From the NCBI RefSeq assembly GCF_009834535.1, contig NC_045707.1, positions 53,198,001 through 53,262,000 on the forward strand: a stretch of 64,000 nucleotides of DNA, written 5' to 3'. The stretch's first letter is position 1. Every line of letters starts with the position of its first letter. Positions 48,501-62,687 of the stretch are shown piece after piece. Under the pieces are notes generated by a model. The model saw nothing but the letters and a program-made list of their open reading frames with translations. It ran no database searches and was not told the origin of the DNA. The position numbers and the translations under genes were made by a program. The stretch is from Camelus ferus (lineage: Eukaryota).

Positions 48501-51079
48501 ATTCCGGGGGGCACCCTCGCAGCAAGGTGCGCCCCACCTTCACGACTATCCCATGAGCCAGAGCGGGAGTGTGTGGCTTCCAGAAAGGCTGCCCCATCCC
48601 CTCTGCCGCTGCCCCGTGTCCTGGGGGCTGAAGCCCTGGTTGGAGGCCCTGCCCTGAGCTCATGCCTGGGCTGGTGGGCTGAGCCTCCCGCCCTCAGCAA
48701 GCCACCATGGGCACATCAGACTGGTGATCTTGGTCCTTCTCAGGACTGTACTGATTTCGTGATGAGATGGGCGTGTATACCCGTGCTCCGTCAGCACACG
48801 GCTGTAGCTCTCCCTCCATCCCGAAATTGTCCTGGCCTCCCGGGCTCCTGACTGCAAAGCTGACAGGTGCCCTTTAGCCTTCATTCCCCGGGAGCTCTGC
48901 CTGCACCACACGTGCCACCGCCTATCTCTTCCTCCTGCAGAAACCCTCCTTTCTCTTCCATGACCTGTCTGGTGGTTCATCGGGTCCTTGGGTGACCGTC
49001 TGCCCCTGCCTCCCTGATGGTGGTGGCCCCACGCCTGCCTCCGTGCTCTCCCAGCTTCATGGTCCAGCAGCTACGCGCAGGCCGGTGGCTCCTGCTTGTA
49101 GATTTTCAGCCCAGATCTCAGCCTTTGAGCTTCAGTTCTTGTGTCCAGCTGAGCGGGAAGCAAGTCATCAGGAGGCCTCAGATGCTGGGAACCACGCGCA
49201 TCCACTCCAAAGTCGTCTGCACTCCCTCGTTCCCGAGCTCAGTGGATGCCTCCTGAGGGAGCTCACAGGGTCACCGACGTCTTCCGGCCCCAGCCCCTGC
49301 ATCCTGCCCACTTTTCCCCCTGGGCACTATTCTATCTACTCCCTCCACCCGCTCCGGCCATGCAGGCTCTGGTTCTGGTCCTCACTGTGTCACATCGGGA
49401 TGACGCAGCTTTCTGACTTTCATCCTGCCTCTGACGTTGACTCCTCCGTCCCGCCTCCACCATGACCAACTCAGGTCTGAGCCCTGGCCACTGTCTGAGC
49501 AAGGGCACAGGAAGGCCACCCCCTCATCAGCCCTGGTCGGCTGTTGCTGGAATGCAGGTCCACAGCGCTTCAAGAGAAACTCAAAAATCCAGATTTTTTA
49601 AAAACAGGAAATCTTGTTTCTCAGTGTTGGCAACTAACCTAACTGTGGCCCAAACACACAGAAGCCCCATCTCTGGACTGGACCAGCTGGGCCCCACCCC
49701 AGAACTGTGTGCCCGCTGGGCGGGCTTTGGACTTCAGACTGAGCAGCCAAAGGGTTCAGGTCTCAAGTCACTGCTTTTCTAAAATGACTTCTGCAAATGA
49801 ACTCACTCATTTTGTGTTCTTATTGTCCAAATGATGGCAGAGTTTAAAATTCTTACTAGTGCGGACGCGTGGTTGTCTGGAGGGGCCTTGGTGCAGCTGC
49901 TCACGAGCTCGCTCCCCTGCCTGGTCCCTCATCCCAGAAACAGGACAGTGACGGTATCTGCTTCATGGGCTGTGGGGACACTTATGGGACAGTGTGCACG
50001 GGGGTGTGGCCGGGAGCTTGGTGTAGGACGGAGGGCACCAGCTACTGCTCCTACTGTTCGAGACGACACCCAGTTCTTTCTGCAGAAGCACCTCTGGCTG
50101 TGACTCGTGGACTTGGTGGCCACGTGGCAGCAAGTCTAAAGGCACCCGGCATCTCAGTGAAGCACCAAGATGACTCTGCCTCTCGTCCAACCGAGCAAGG
50201 AGACCCTGGTCCGGTCGGATGTCAGGCACTCACTTTACTTTGAGGATAGGCGACTATCGTGACTTTTCACTCTTTTGGCACAAAAGCTTGCTGCCTATGG
50301 TGGTGACACTTGAAGATTCCAGGACAGGCTGATGGCAGAAAGCACAGCCCGTGTTACTGATGCTTCTCGGATCTTACCATTTGTAAAGATCTGTGAAATC
50401 CCTGTGATTAAGTAGGCTTTTGAGACGGCAAAGATTGAATAGTTTTCTTAAAATGTCACAAAATTTCCCGTTTCATTCTTAGGGAAATGTGGTGGGGGGT
50501 GGGGAGAAAGGAAGTCACTTTGCGACTTTCTATCAGAAGCAGAGGTCACAGGCTTGCATTTGGGCTGTAAGAGGCGAAGGGTTTCAGCAGAGCAGGTTTC
50601 TAACCTGCCCACGTGGATTCAGGTCCGTCCTTCACTTCTGGCTGTGCCTCACCTGTGTCCTGGAAAGTCCCTACCTGCCCTCGAGGATGACCTGCAGGCG
50701 TCAGACCAAACTGTGCACTTCCCCAGCAGCAGTGGCACCGGGAACCGCTTCTGGGAGCTGCAGGGACAACGCGGAAGTTCAGCTCCAGGTCAGCGGGGCG
50801 AGGAACTGGACCCAGTGTGTCGGTCCTGCAGAAAATGCTGAGCCACGGAGAGCTGTCAGAGTTGGGGCAGAGAACAGCACGCGGGGCGCGGAGGCAGCAC
50901 ACGCGATGCAGACGGTGTCCCGGGAGGAGGACAAGGAGAGAGGAAGCGAAGTCCTGAGAACATGCAGGCAGAGCAGGTGTCCCACATGGAAACTGGGGGG
51001 TCTGTGGAGAAGGGGCAAAGGGGTCAGGCCGTGGTGGGGAGACCCCACAGGGGTCTGGATTAGTGGTCGCTTCCTGTGC

Positions 51080-51230
51080 TCCAGGCATCAAATGCTCTGC
51101 ATGATTTAAAGGAACAATCCTCACAACAACCCTTTGAGGTCGTCATGCCCACCACCACTTTTATAGGCGAGAAAAACTGAGGATCCGCGAGCAACCTGCC
51201 CAGCTGGCTAGTAGGGGGCAGACCAGGTGG
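51080..51230 (-). mobile_element. MIR fragment abutting the minisatellite
   Basis: aatcctcacaacaaccctttgaggt...ccacttttataggcgagaaaaactgagg...acctgcccagctggctagtag. Confidence 0.7.
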
Positions 51231-51396
51231 CAGCTCTGCTCCAGGTGACCTCTTGCTCCAGGTGACCTCCCTGCTCCAGGTGACCTCCCGCTCCAGGTGA
51301 TGTCTCTGCTCCAGGTGACGTCTCTGTTCCAGGTGACCTCCCGCCCCAGGTGACCTCCTGCCCCAGGTGACTTCCTGCCCCAGGTGACTTCCTGCT
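51223..51396. repeat. Minisatellite, 17-18 bp unit CCAGGTGACCTCCYTGCY; 9 copies plus one degenerate
   Basis: Units start at 51241, 51258, 51276, 51293, 51311, 51329, 51346, 51363 and 51380, each beginning with invariant CCAGGTGA. Confidence 0.95.
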
Positions 51397-52194
51397 CTCT
51401 CAAGCTTGGGAAGCTCTGTCATGGTCCATCTGTGAGCAGCCCCTTTGGGATGGAACTGGAGTCTGGTGGGTGGCTGCCCCCTGGGCTGTGAGGAGAAGTG
51501 GGGTGGAGGGTCTTTCCTGGGTCTGTCTCTTTCTCTACTCTCCCTGGGTTAGTCACGCCCAGTTCCAGCTCTCACTTCCTTGGAGAGAACCTCTCATCTC
51601 TCCTGTGCTCCTTCGTTCCCTCCTGGTCATTTCCATCTGCAGAGCCCACCACAGATTCGGGTGCGGAACATCTGAAACAAGACCCGCCGTCCTCTCCCGG
51701 CCTGTCCACGACTCCCCCCGGCCCTCACCGGCCCTGGTGCGCTGCCCCTGGAAGGCCCCGGGACCCTGCCTGCCCGCTGCCGGAGCTGTCTGCTGACCCA
51801 GCACTAGTAGGATTCGTTCCTAGACAATTTTAAGGCCAGTTATGTGTGATTTTTATTGAAAACTTTAAATTTAATTGATGTTACATAAACTAATAAGGAA
51901 AGAGGAAATACACGTGAAAATAATTTTTAAAGAAAAATTAATTTGACTATTTTGGAAAACTTGGTGAAGGTGAACTGATTAAAAACAGTTGTCATAATTG
52001 GATTTTGTGAGACAGCCATGCAGGATGGGGAGGCATAAAAATAGAGGACCCTGCACTCAGATGGCTTCAGTGTCTTTCAGGTTCATTTCGAAACTGGGAG
52101 TCCACTCTGGTGCATTACGTCCATGGCTTTTGCTGAACGGACCACCGAGACTCCGGAAAAGGCTTGGCCCAAATTCAAAAGACTGGCAAACAAA

Positions 52195-52295
52195 CATATA
52201 ATACATAATGTTATATATAATATATATTTATATTTATAAACATAAATATATACACAAGTACTTATAAAACAAATATCTATCTATCTATCTCTATG
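52195..52295. repeat. AT-rich low-complexity / (TA)n and (TATC)n tract
   Basis: Directly visible. Confidence 0.8.
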
Positions 52296-54689
52296 ATTCC
52301 CCACTTTAACTGGCTTTTTGATGGAGCAACCACCTAGTGGTCAGTCTGCACAGATAAGACACACGTGCATTGTGCTGGGGGAACAGTGGAACTGCCTAGT
52401 TCCCAGGGTGTCTCTCCCACCTGGTGCCTCGGGGTGACCCTGCGAGTCCTCCCAGCACCCCCTCCCACTCCTGCCCCAAATCAGAAGATGCCCAAGAGCA
52501 CCGTGTGAGCCTCACAGACACCCCCCCAGCCCCGGCACAGGGTGTGGCAACAGGACACTTGTCTCTACCTGCTGCTGGTGGTGGTAACAGACGTCTCCCT
52601 GGGGCAGGCATGGGGAGAAACGTGCTGCCTTAGGAAACAGAGGTCTGCTGTCTTATCTACTGGAAGATGTAAGAAGCAAGGGCCCCACACACTCACAAAA
52701 TCTAGAGACTAAGAGGAGAAATGGAAACCTGCAGGCAGCCTGGCTGACACCAAGGCAGGGGGTTCCCTCCCCGGCCCGCCCCCCCCTGCAGTCGACATCG
52801 GAAGGCAGCCCCTGGCACCTGGGTGGCTGCTGCGTCTCTGTTTAAACACTGATTTTAAAGAGCCCATTTCTGTGAAATGGTGACTCACACAGGGAATGGG
52901 TAACAGAAGGAGACTTTCCAGACACGGCCCCACATGAAAGCACAGGGTTGAGAGTCACTGTTTCCCAGTGACTCTCCGGTCCCTCAGAAACGCTTTCTCA
53001 TGGCCCTTCCCAAATTCAGTGGCATGTCACCGTGGTCTAAGTGCACCTGGGTTTTCTCGCTGGAGCCGGAGTCCGTGAGGTCTGTGCCCACGCGGACCCT
53101 CACTGAGCCGGAAGCATGTGGTGGACACACAATTCATGTCTGTGGAGGGAGGGATGGAGGGAGGGAGCCAGGCGGAGGCTGAGAAGAGACGAGGACCAGA
53201 GACTGCACTTGCATCCCCTTCCAGATCGCACCACCGAACGCTGGCTACCCGCACAAGTCCAGTGCTCTCACAGAAACCCCTTGGCCCCAGGCCGGGCAGC
53301 GGATGCTGGGACGGGCCCTGGGCACTCGGTCTCGCCCCTTCCCATATCCGGATGTGGTGCCAACGAACCGTTAGGCAGCTGCCGGGAAGCAAACGAGAGA
53401 AAAATCCCAGGTACAGGGGCGTCTTTTATATCTAAGACTATTTACCTTGCTTGTGTCCACTTAGATGAAAAGATAGGCTGATCAATTTCAGTGGGGATTT
53501 CTGTTACATGAGAGCTTAAAAAGTAATTACACATATCCTTTCCTTCCACTTGTAGGAGCAGCCTGGGCGTGCGGAAGATAATCTGGGCCATGCAGAGTAA
53601 CCTGAGAAGTCTGTCGCCGCACCCGACCCAAGATTACCAACCACAACCTTGCTCTCGCGTCGTCTGGCTCCATAACTGGGATCACGCCGTACGTGCCACT
53701 TGGTGTCCTGCCCTCTGTATTTTGAGCATTTCGCTTGCCATCCTACAATCCCTTGGAAACATGATTAAATGGCTACTTAATGTCCTGGACAGACTATAAT
53801 GTTGCTACCAATTCTTCTAAGTTTGGACACTGTCAATGGATACTTCCAATCAAATTGCTAAGAAATCTATTTACACAGTTACAGAGTAAACCTGTTCTGG
53901 CAAAGGCGGTAGCCCTCCCCCCCGCCCCCCGCTTCCTTTTGATCCTTTGAGGCAAACACTTTCTGTTCCGTAGCTGATTATTTGGGAATTCACCTGCAGA
54001 TCTTCCAACGACTCACATCGCTACAACTGGAATCTTCAGTTTGGGGCCATGGCTGATGGCTCCGCTGGGACGATGAGCATGTCTGTGCCACCACCGCAGC
54101 CCCCACGACTTACCAGACCCTGCGACACCCTCCCCCTACCACGTCCTCCGGGGCACAGCTGCTGGGAGCGCGGGGAGACCACGTTAGCACAACCTCACAT
54201 CCTCGTCCTGCGCACTGCCGAGGTGCGCGGCAGAGCTGGCACTTTCCCCTTCGGCTCACCTTTTTGTTTCCCTGGAGTTAGAACTTTCCTGAGGTCCAGA
54301 GAAGCCAGAGCAGGAGACCGGGTGCCTGGCTGACCCAGGGGACGTCGTGTGAGCTGTGACAGCTCTGGGCCGGCACCTGCTGTGGCAGCTTCGAGAACAC
54401 GGCTGCTCCACTTCCAGTCTCCAAACGCACACAAAATGCCCCTCTGGCCAAGGGCATCAGGAGCCACTCAGGAGGGGGCTTGGGGCACACTTCCGGTCCA
54501 CGGAGTTGCCCGGGGCGGACGTGGCCCCGGCTCCTGGCCTGGCTGGTCTGTTGGCTGGGGTCACCATTGTGTCCAGGTGAGCCCTTCATCTCTTTCCTCG
54601 ATTCACACACCTGTTTCCTGGACCCCTTCATTGGTTTATCCTCTTGTTTCATTGGCATATCCTCAGGAACACTTAAGAACAGCAGGGAG

Positions 54690-55430
54690 CCACAGGTAGT
54701 GAGTGCTTTAGGTCCCAAATGTCTGAAAACGGCTCCATTATACCCCTTAATTCACAGCTTGGATGGACGGGCATAAAGTTCTAGGTTAGAGGTCGTGTTC
54801 TTTAAGCACCTGGGGCTGAAGCTGAGTTCAAAGCCACCTGAGTCCCAGTCTTTGTCGTTAATCTGTCTTTGCATCTGTCTTCCTCCCTAGAAGTCTAGCA
54901 TCGTCTTTTTCCCTGGATTCTAAAGTTCGGTGACTTGGTACCCGTTGTGTTGGGGGCTCCGTGGGCCCCAATCTCTCCGCCAAGTTCCTTTCCTTCATTT
55001 TCTCTTGATGGAGCGCCTATCCTATCAGAACTGAGCTCTGGAACTGTGTCTTCTAATTTTCTCTGCGATTTTTCTTTCATTCATTCATTTGGTTGGTTGG
55101 TTGGTTGGTTTTTGCCTTTTTTTCCTTCTACCTTTGGGGAAATTTTCTCAGCTTTTTTTCCAAACCCATCCATCGGTTTTTAACTTCTGCTGTCATTTCT
55201 TAATTCCCTCAAACTTTTTGTCCTGTAACTGTTCCTTAAAAACAGCATGTTGTGCACGTGAGCAAGTCTGTCTTTCTCTCTTAGATGCTAACCTTCCTCT
55301 TGTCTTTCCGGAGGTGCTGACACCGGTGACCACAGGGACTTTCTTCTGCTCCAGGTTTGTCTGTTTTGTCTATTTCACGGTGGAGGTGTCACCCAGATGC
55401 CACTGATGTCTGGTCCCTTCCCTGGATGTT
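54690..55430 (-). mobile_element. Old L1ME-like fragment
   Basis: tgtctgaaaac...ggatggacgggcataaagttctaggttag and a T-rich antisense L1 pattern. Very diverged. Confidence 0.45.
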
Positions 55431-56630
55431 GAGAGAGTCACCTAGATTCTTCTCTCCTTGACACCAGCTGGGGCTTAACCTCTGCACAGGTGTCGTCTCA
55501 GTCATGGTTGAAAAGTAAGGCAAAACACAGCAGGGTTTTTATAAAAATACACTTTTATCATCAGCACAGAAAGCACTTTTTTTCATGTGATTTTTTTTTT
55601 ATTTTAGGATTTTTTTTTTAATCCATCAGCTGTCACTATGGTAGCCTGCTCAGTGTTTAACTTCACAACTGATTTCTCTCAAAAAGCAAGTGGTTTGGAG
55701 TTTTGTTTGCTTCCTTTTGGAAAACTTTAATGGACTCTTGATAAAGGAGTAATTGTAATAGCTTAAGAGGTTCTCTGCCTCACTCTCAATGTAAAGATTT
55801 GTTTCTCTGAAGTAAACACTTTTCTCACTGTAAGTGGCCGGTTCACTGGAGAGGCACACCTGTCCACCTTGAGAAGTTCAGGGGAGGCCTCAGCACACTT
55901 GGTTACAGATGATTTAATAACTAACGTACAAAGACATCATCAGAAGAGCAGTGAGTGTGCGCCCGCGGGCGGCTCTGGGACACACACAGGTGGCTCCGTA
56001 AACCTGTCTGTTCTGCAAAGTGCAGGCTAAGCTCCCTCTGTCATTCTCAGTGGCTTCTGCCTAGTCTCACTCTGGCTTATTACTAGAAAAAAGTTTGAAG
56101 TTCAAAAGTAAGTACAGTTATTTTGTTCCCCACTTTTGAACAACAGGGAGGGAGTCCAGCTCTGAATTTTCTAGACAGCGTGAGAAGCCAGCTAGAATTC
56201 CAGTGTCTTAAAGACAAAATTTGATGTTCATGGTTTATGGGCCAGAGCCTTTCAGCTCGATGATACATTTTTTTTTCTTTATTAAGCCAGTGGAATCAAC
56301 CAGATGCTCTCCAGCCAGAGAATAATGGTCTGCCACTAGTGAAAACCCACCTTGTTTCTCACGTGGCTGTCCAGGCAGCCTCTAGGGAAACGTAGCCGGA
56401 AAGATGCCAGGGCCCCAAAGGAAGCAGGCTGAGACTCCCGCTGTGCTGGATGCCACCCAGCAGCGCCCGTTGAGGAGCAGTTGAGGGTGAACCCTGTGCC
56501 TCTCAGCAAAGCTACATTTGCTCTGGGCCCACTTCCACCCGGGCATGGGCATGTGGTGCCAGGTGAGGTGTGTGGGCCCCAGCATAGCAAGCCTTAGCCC
56601 AGTGCTCGTGGCAGGAGCTGGTGCAGGTCC

Positions 56631-56723
56631 GTGGCCATGTCCATGGTGTGTCCACAGTGTGTCCATGATGTTTCCACGGCATGTCCATGGTGTTCCACAG
56701 CGTGTCCATGGTGTGGCCACAGT
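56631..56723. repeat. Degenerate ~11 bp tandem repeat (GTGTCCATGGT / GTGTCCACAGT), ~8 copies
   Basis: atgtccatggtgtgtccacagtgtgtccatgatgtttccacggcatgtccatggtgttccacagcgtgtccatggtgtggccacagt. Confidence 0.8.
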
Positions 56724-59700
56724 GGAAGCTGCTATTGATGCAGGACCAGGTTCTGAATGGAACAGTTCAGCTGGAAAAAAAGATGTGGGGAGATATATTT
56801 GTCCAGGACCTATGCTCACCCCTTAAAGTAATTGTGTCTCAGAACATTCCGGCATCACTGGTCTTAAAAAGGTGCTCGGCCTGGCTGCCCCGTCCACTCA
56901 GCAGCCAGGGCAGCTACTCTGGGGTGCAGGGCAGGGGGTCCTTCCTCAGGAAAGGACCTGACATCCAGGTGACCTTAGAGCAGACTTTGTGGTCAGACTC
57001 AAATACCACCTGGTTTAGCTCAGCAATTTGATGTGCTGGCTTGATTTCTTGGCTCACTGATTTTTGCCAATATGCAACCCCCATTTGGGCTCATACTGAC
57101 TTAAAAAGATAATCTACCTACTTGTTTACTTTTCCATCCATCTCCCTCTTCATTACTTGGCAAATAAACTAAACGCATCTGGCTCATTCTGCCCACATTC
57201 TAACACAAGGAAGCTAAGATTACGGGTTAGTCTGGTCTGGGGTCCTGGTTTTGTTACTGAGTTTGGCTCCTATTCAAACTATTCAAGTTATTCAAGTGGG
57301 TCTTTGTAGTTAATGTGACTCTGAAACCACCAAATCTCTAAACCAGCACAGACACTGTCTGTGTCCCCAGAACAGGGCTTGGAGGGAGATCCGCAGTAGG
57401 TGAGGGGTTACAGGGCACAGGGGAGGACAGAAGTGGGGCCAGGTCCGGGGGCAGTGCAGTCAGTGGAACGACTGTGTTTAAACAGGGACCGTTTGGGACA
57501 TTTTTTGCACCAGTTTTCTTGTGATTCGTTCACTTTCTTTCACACCTTCATGGCTGTGAGTCCTGGGAAGGGCCTTTGGAAGAGGGCACAGAATTAGGAA
57601 GACGTGGAAACTCGTGAAGCAACACTGACGAAACACAAAGTCTCTGTGAGCGGTGGCATGGGCGGAAAGACAGCAGACGGACCCAACACGGAGAAGAGAC
57701 CGGCCGTCGAGGGAGTCCCAGAGACAGGCCTCCCACAGCCTGTGAGAACCCTCCCCCAGATCATGAAACAGGCAGAGAAGGGACGAAGGGGTCGGGGTTA
57801 GTTCCCTGAAGCAGCTCACGCCTGGGTTCAGCAGACGAGTCAGATGAGTTGAAGGGATAATGGCTGTTTGTAGCAACACCAAAGAAAGCCCTCAATTCCA
57901 ACGTGAATGACACCGTCACTGAGTGACCTCTCTGCAGATGCAGACGGAGGATCAGTCTAGCAACTTCGGTAGACCCGATGGGGAGAAAAACACAGCATCT
58001 AACAGTGGCGTGGGAGGTGGCTGTGGTCGGTGCCCACAACGGGGAGCATTTTCCATTTACAGTCAAGGTATTATCCAAACACGACAGTCCGCCAGGGCCC
58101 TGGCCCAGGAGGGGCTGGTCAGGCGAGGCAGGTCCTCCAGCCACGGCCACACACCTCCACCCCTCTGGCACCTCTCTCCCCCCAAACCCCACCTCCCACT
58201 TTGTCTTGCTAGAGCTGTGCCCACAGAGCCTCCTCTGCAGATCAGAGCCCGTGTCCTGGGGGGCAGCACAGAGTGAAATGTCCGAGCTCCAGGACCTCCT
58301 CGGGAGGCTGGAATTTTGGTTGATGAATTATCCGTTCAATTCAATTGGCGAATTAGCTCTCGGCCAGTGGAGAGTATGAAGTCAGGGCTGAGCTCGGCAG
58401 AGAGGGCATCCCCTCACCCCCGCCTGTCCGCCCTCCTGGGTCCCCTCCGCATGCGCCTCTCAGTCCCGCACAGTGACGCACCGGGGCCGCCCCGTGTTGA
58501 AGGGGAGGGCTGCTGAGTCAGCATCGGAGCGTATCCGAGCCCCTTTTCCATCTCTTCTGCGGGGTCCAGGCATCTGGACCCCAACCGACCTCACGGAAGA
58601 CGCACTGGGCTTTACCCTCCGCGGGCTGGGTCGGCTGAGCAGCCCTCCCCGCACACAAGCTCAGGGCCCTGACCCCTCCTTCACTCCCGCCACCAGAGGG
58701 TCCCTGGGTCCTTGAGACGTGACGAGCGTGTGAAAGCGCTTGGTGCCCACGACTTCAGCTGTGACTGTTTCGTCTACTTAGGCCTCACCTCATCCCCAAA
58801 GAAAGGGTTAAGGCAACAGTACTGTCCTGACTGTTACCCGGACACCTGGACCCTCCTATGGCGACGTGATGGACGCACGGAACTGTGATGGTTTTAGGGG
58901 AAAAGGGCCCCTTTGCCCTGTCAGTGCCGAGCCCCACGTGGCTGCAGGTGTCAGAGCGAGGCCGCCGTGGGCTGACCTCATCAGGTAGGAAACGGGCCCA
59001 TAAGGGAGTGACTGACGCAACTTCCTGCGAGGAAGCTCTTCCCTGCAAGTTATCAAGCAGACCCCCCGGCGCTCCCGCAGAAAGGGCAGTTTCCCGGGGA
59101 AGAGTCTCTCCTGTGACAAGGAGATTCAGCGGCAGTTCGATCCTGTGGGTCTGACTTGCAGCAATGGCTCCAAAGCAGAGGAGGGGCGACCTGTTGGGGC
59201 AGGAAGCAGGCCTCCGGAGCCCCCGCCCCGCGAGTCCCTGGGGGTGGGCGTCCTGGGCCCCCTCCTCTGTCCGTCTGTCCTTCGTCACTAGTGCTGCGGC
59301 CGAGAGGCCTGGACAGCACGTCCAGCCATCATTACTGGCCTGTGTCCAGGGGTCAGCAGGTTGGTCGGATCCCGACACTGAGACTGCATCCTCTGGTGGC
59401 CGTGGGACACCCGGGGAGCCATGGGTGGCCTCGCAGTTTGCTGCCTGGCCACTAGCCATCTCATGACAGGGACCCTGGCTGCTGTCTCTGCATCCGATAG
59501 GTCACTCATGACTCGTTTGTGCACACACTTAGGTGCCAATTCGAGTGTGTGGGCGGGTCTCAGACTTACTGCCCCGACATCCTCCTTCAGAAAAGAACCA
59601 TCCTGCCTCTAACTTCCCTTTGCTGCCTTGTCCTGCCTGTGCAGTTTCCATTCGGCCTGGATTCGAGGGCTCTGGAAGTTGACTCCCCACCTAAACCTCC

Positions 59701-62687
59701 AGTGGTGACCTCCAACCTCACAGCCAGGTGGGTGGGGCTCTCTGCTCAGCAGGCTTGGTACCCAGGGCTTCCCTAGAAAGCCCCACCCTCTCTAACCAAA
59801 TCGTAGTAACCTACTTAAAATTCCTTACATTTTTATTTTAAGTGGATTTCACATAAATGAAGCAGGCCTTTTCATGTCATCGAAAGATTATTTTAAAATT
59901 AAAAGGTTAATTAAATTCCATAACCTGTCCTTCGTGCTCACAGACCTGATAGCACCGAAGAGTGCCTGGTGCAGGAGGGTGAGGGATAAACACTAGCTGA
60001 GTGAGAGAGTTGGGGAGTGGGGGAGTGGGGGAGTGAGTGAATGGATGGGTGAAGAAACAGCTCCACCTCTGACGGGGAGGCCCTGAGGAGAGAGAGGGCC
60101 AGGCAGGCTCACGTAAGTAGAGCTTCCCACCAGTGTGCAGGGCTATCCAGAGTCCTGGACCATTTTGGTCAATACAACCAATTTGTGATCCACATTCTGC
60201 CCCTTGACAGTTTTTGGAAGTTTCCCAAGCTGACTGTCCCTGTGGAGTGACTGCCGGTGGGACGCGACTAGCGACCAGCATCTGTACTGGCAGATCCGGG
60301 GCTCGGGGTGCACACAGTCTGTAGTTAGCAGCTTCCCATCTTTTGTTCCCCCAGGGCCCCGTGAGGCCCCAGAGCGAATGTGTGGTTGAGGCCCTTGTTC
60401 AAGTCCAGACATCACAGCGCTTACATGATGCAGCCTCACTGTGCAGGGCTGTCTTTCTGGGCCACAGCTGCAGAGGCCGCCTGGCCACATGGCTATTAGG
60501 AGCTGGGGTCTGGGAGGTCAAGGGTGAGGGGGCAGGGGCCTGAGGGAGGGAGCCTGCCCTCAGCGCCTGCAGGAGGCCTTGTGGGGACTGAGCCCGGCCA
60601 AGGGGAACCAGTGGACACCTGGTGCCCCATCTCCTCCCCCAGCCCCCACTCCTCCCCTGCCGGTAACCCCTGCCCTGTGCTGCCGTCGCCCCACCCATAC
60701 CTGGCCAGGCCGTCCCCACTGCCATGCTGAGCCTGGCATCCTGAGGAGCTCAGGCTCAGGACCGTTGTCCACGACCACGGGGCCCCTCCATGGCTTTCCT
60801 CAGGGTCAGAGGGCCTCTCCCCTTTAGCCGGGACTCCTAATGGCTCTGAGATACACTGTGAGCACCTGGTGCCCTGCTCTGCCACCCAGTCCCCACGTGG
60901 AGCTCTGTCACAGTAGCTGGGGGATGGTAAGGTGTCCCCAGCTGCAACAGAGGAACCCAGGCTCGGAGCAACCAACAAGCAAACAACCCTCGGCCCAAGT
61001 CACCCAGCCAGCGCACGTGGCTGGAGCCAGGTCCCAGCGCCCCTCGTGGGCTGGACACGGCCTGCTCTGCCAGGCCAGATGCCAGTTCTGGGTGGTGGCA
61101 GCTGGCGGCCCCTCTCCTGTCCTTGTTTCTGAGGACACATCACCACCCCAATCCACTGTTACTATCCATCGAAGTGCAACCGAATTTTATGGATATCTGG
61201 GTATGTCTGGACAACTTACTTGGAGAAAAAGTAGTTTGACAAAATGCTTAGAAATTCTGTATAATCTAATTTTTCTAAGCACCTGGACCACTAATCTTGT
61301 CCATAAGTAAATACAACAGCTGCAGCGGAGTACTTCTGCTCCGTTGCCAGGCAGGATCGATTGATTCACTCATCAGGGTTGAGTCGTATCTTTGGCGTTA
61401 AGAATCAGGCTCAGTCTCCGTCCCAAAGAAGTGACTTACAATATCACGGGGACGTTAAGTGGAACCAACTTTGCCGATTATTTGCTGCTGTCCTAGAATG
61501 ACCGCTTAGAGCAGCTGCAAACACGAGCTGACCCTCTGGCCCCAGGGCCGCACGTCCGTCCGGGGCTCAGCGAGCCGAGGACACTCGTGGGGAGGCCCCA
61601 GCGCCTGCTCCTTCATGACTGTTTATACTCCTTTCCCATTTTTCCTTTAATTGTTGTAAAAAGTGAGACAATCTTCTGAGGACTAGGAGCCCTTGCTGGC
61701 TTTGTCCTCTATTCCGTGGGCATCTCCGCAGCCACCCTGCACCTGAGCCTTCCTTGCAGGTTGGACGTGGGGCAGGACCGGCGTCTCTGGAGCGGGAGCA
61801 GGAGGCCCACCTCGTGCAGAACGTACATCCTGCGTTTGGACCAAGAAAACTCGGTGAAGGGAGGCAACAGACCTGAACAATTCCTCATCGCCCGGTGGCT
61901 GTGGGGGTTCTCGTCTTTGGGCCATGCACAATTTTCCCTTGGTCTTCTTGTTAAAGAATCGTTGTGTTTACAGTATGAAATGTGCCCTCTGTGAATAAGA
62001 TGGGGAAGAAAGAAAACCATTTTTGCTGAAGGGCCCAGAAGGCAAGATTCTCAGACAAAGGTGTTTGAAGTCCAGACACCCCGGGAGACACGAGCACTAC
62101 AGTACGGCCCGTAGGGCAGATCGAGGAGCCGGGGCGGCGGCGGGGGCTGAGTCCAGCGTTCTACCCGCCTCCCCACCGCGGCTTGCTGAGCGTGCCTCTG
62201 GGAGGGGCTCAGGTGCATTTTTAGGGCGAGTTTTCCTCAGAGCAGCCAATTGTCTGACCGTCTCGGTCGGGCTCCTCTGAGATGCCACCCTCATCCTCTG
62301 AGAGGCCCCTCCCAGGTTAACCTGCAGAGGAACACGCTGGGCAGGCTGGCCGTCACCTTCCTCCTGGAATCAGAGAGGAGACATGCAGCCAAGACCCTCT
62401 TCCGTTGACCCAGTAAGCTCTGTGACCCGGTTAAATTGGTTTCACACTTGCATCCATCAGCGTCACAGGGCTGTCACCTGCAGGCACTCAAGAGAGCCCC
62501 TCGGTTCTGAGAAGCTGCCTCTCTCTTCGCTGAGCTTTATGGGACACGGAAATTCATGGGGCTTTTAAATAGAGTCTCTGGATCACACTAGTGCAAAAAT
62601 GTGCCAGGTTAAAAAAAAACCATCGGAACTTCAGCTTCTTGCTTTTCAGAGCTATTCTTCATTTGCTCAGAATAAACAGCAAAATTG

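Noticed and set aside
51223..51396. CRISPR-like array of short direct repeats
   Set aside because: Units are contiguous with no unique spacers, there are no cas genes, and the context is mammalian. It is a minisatellite.
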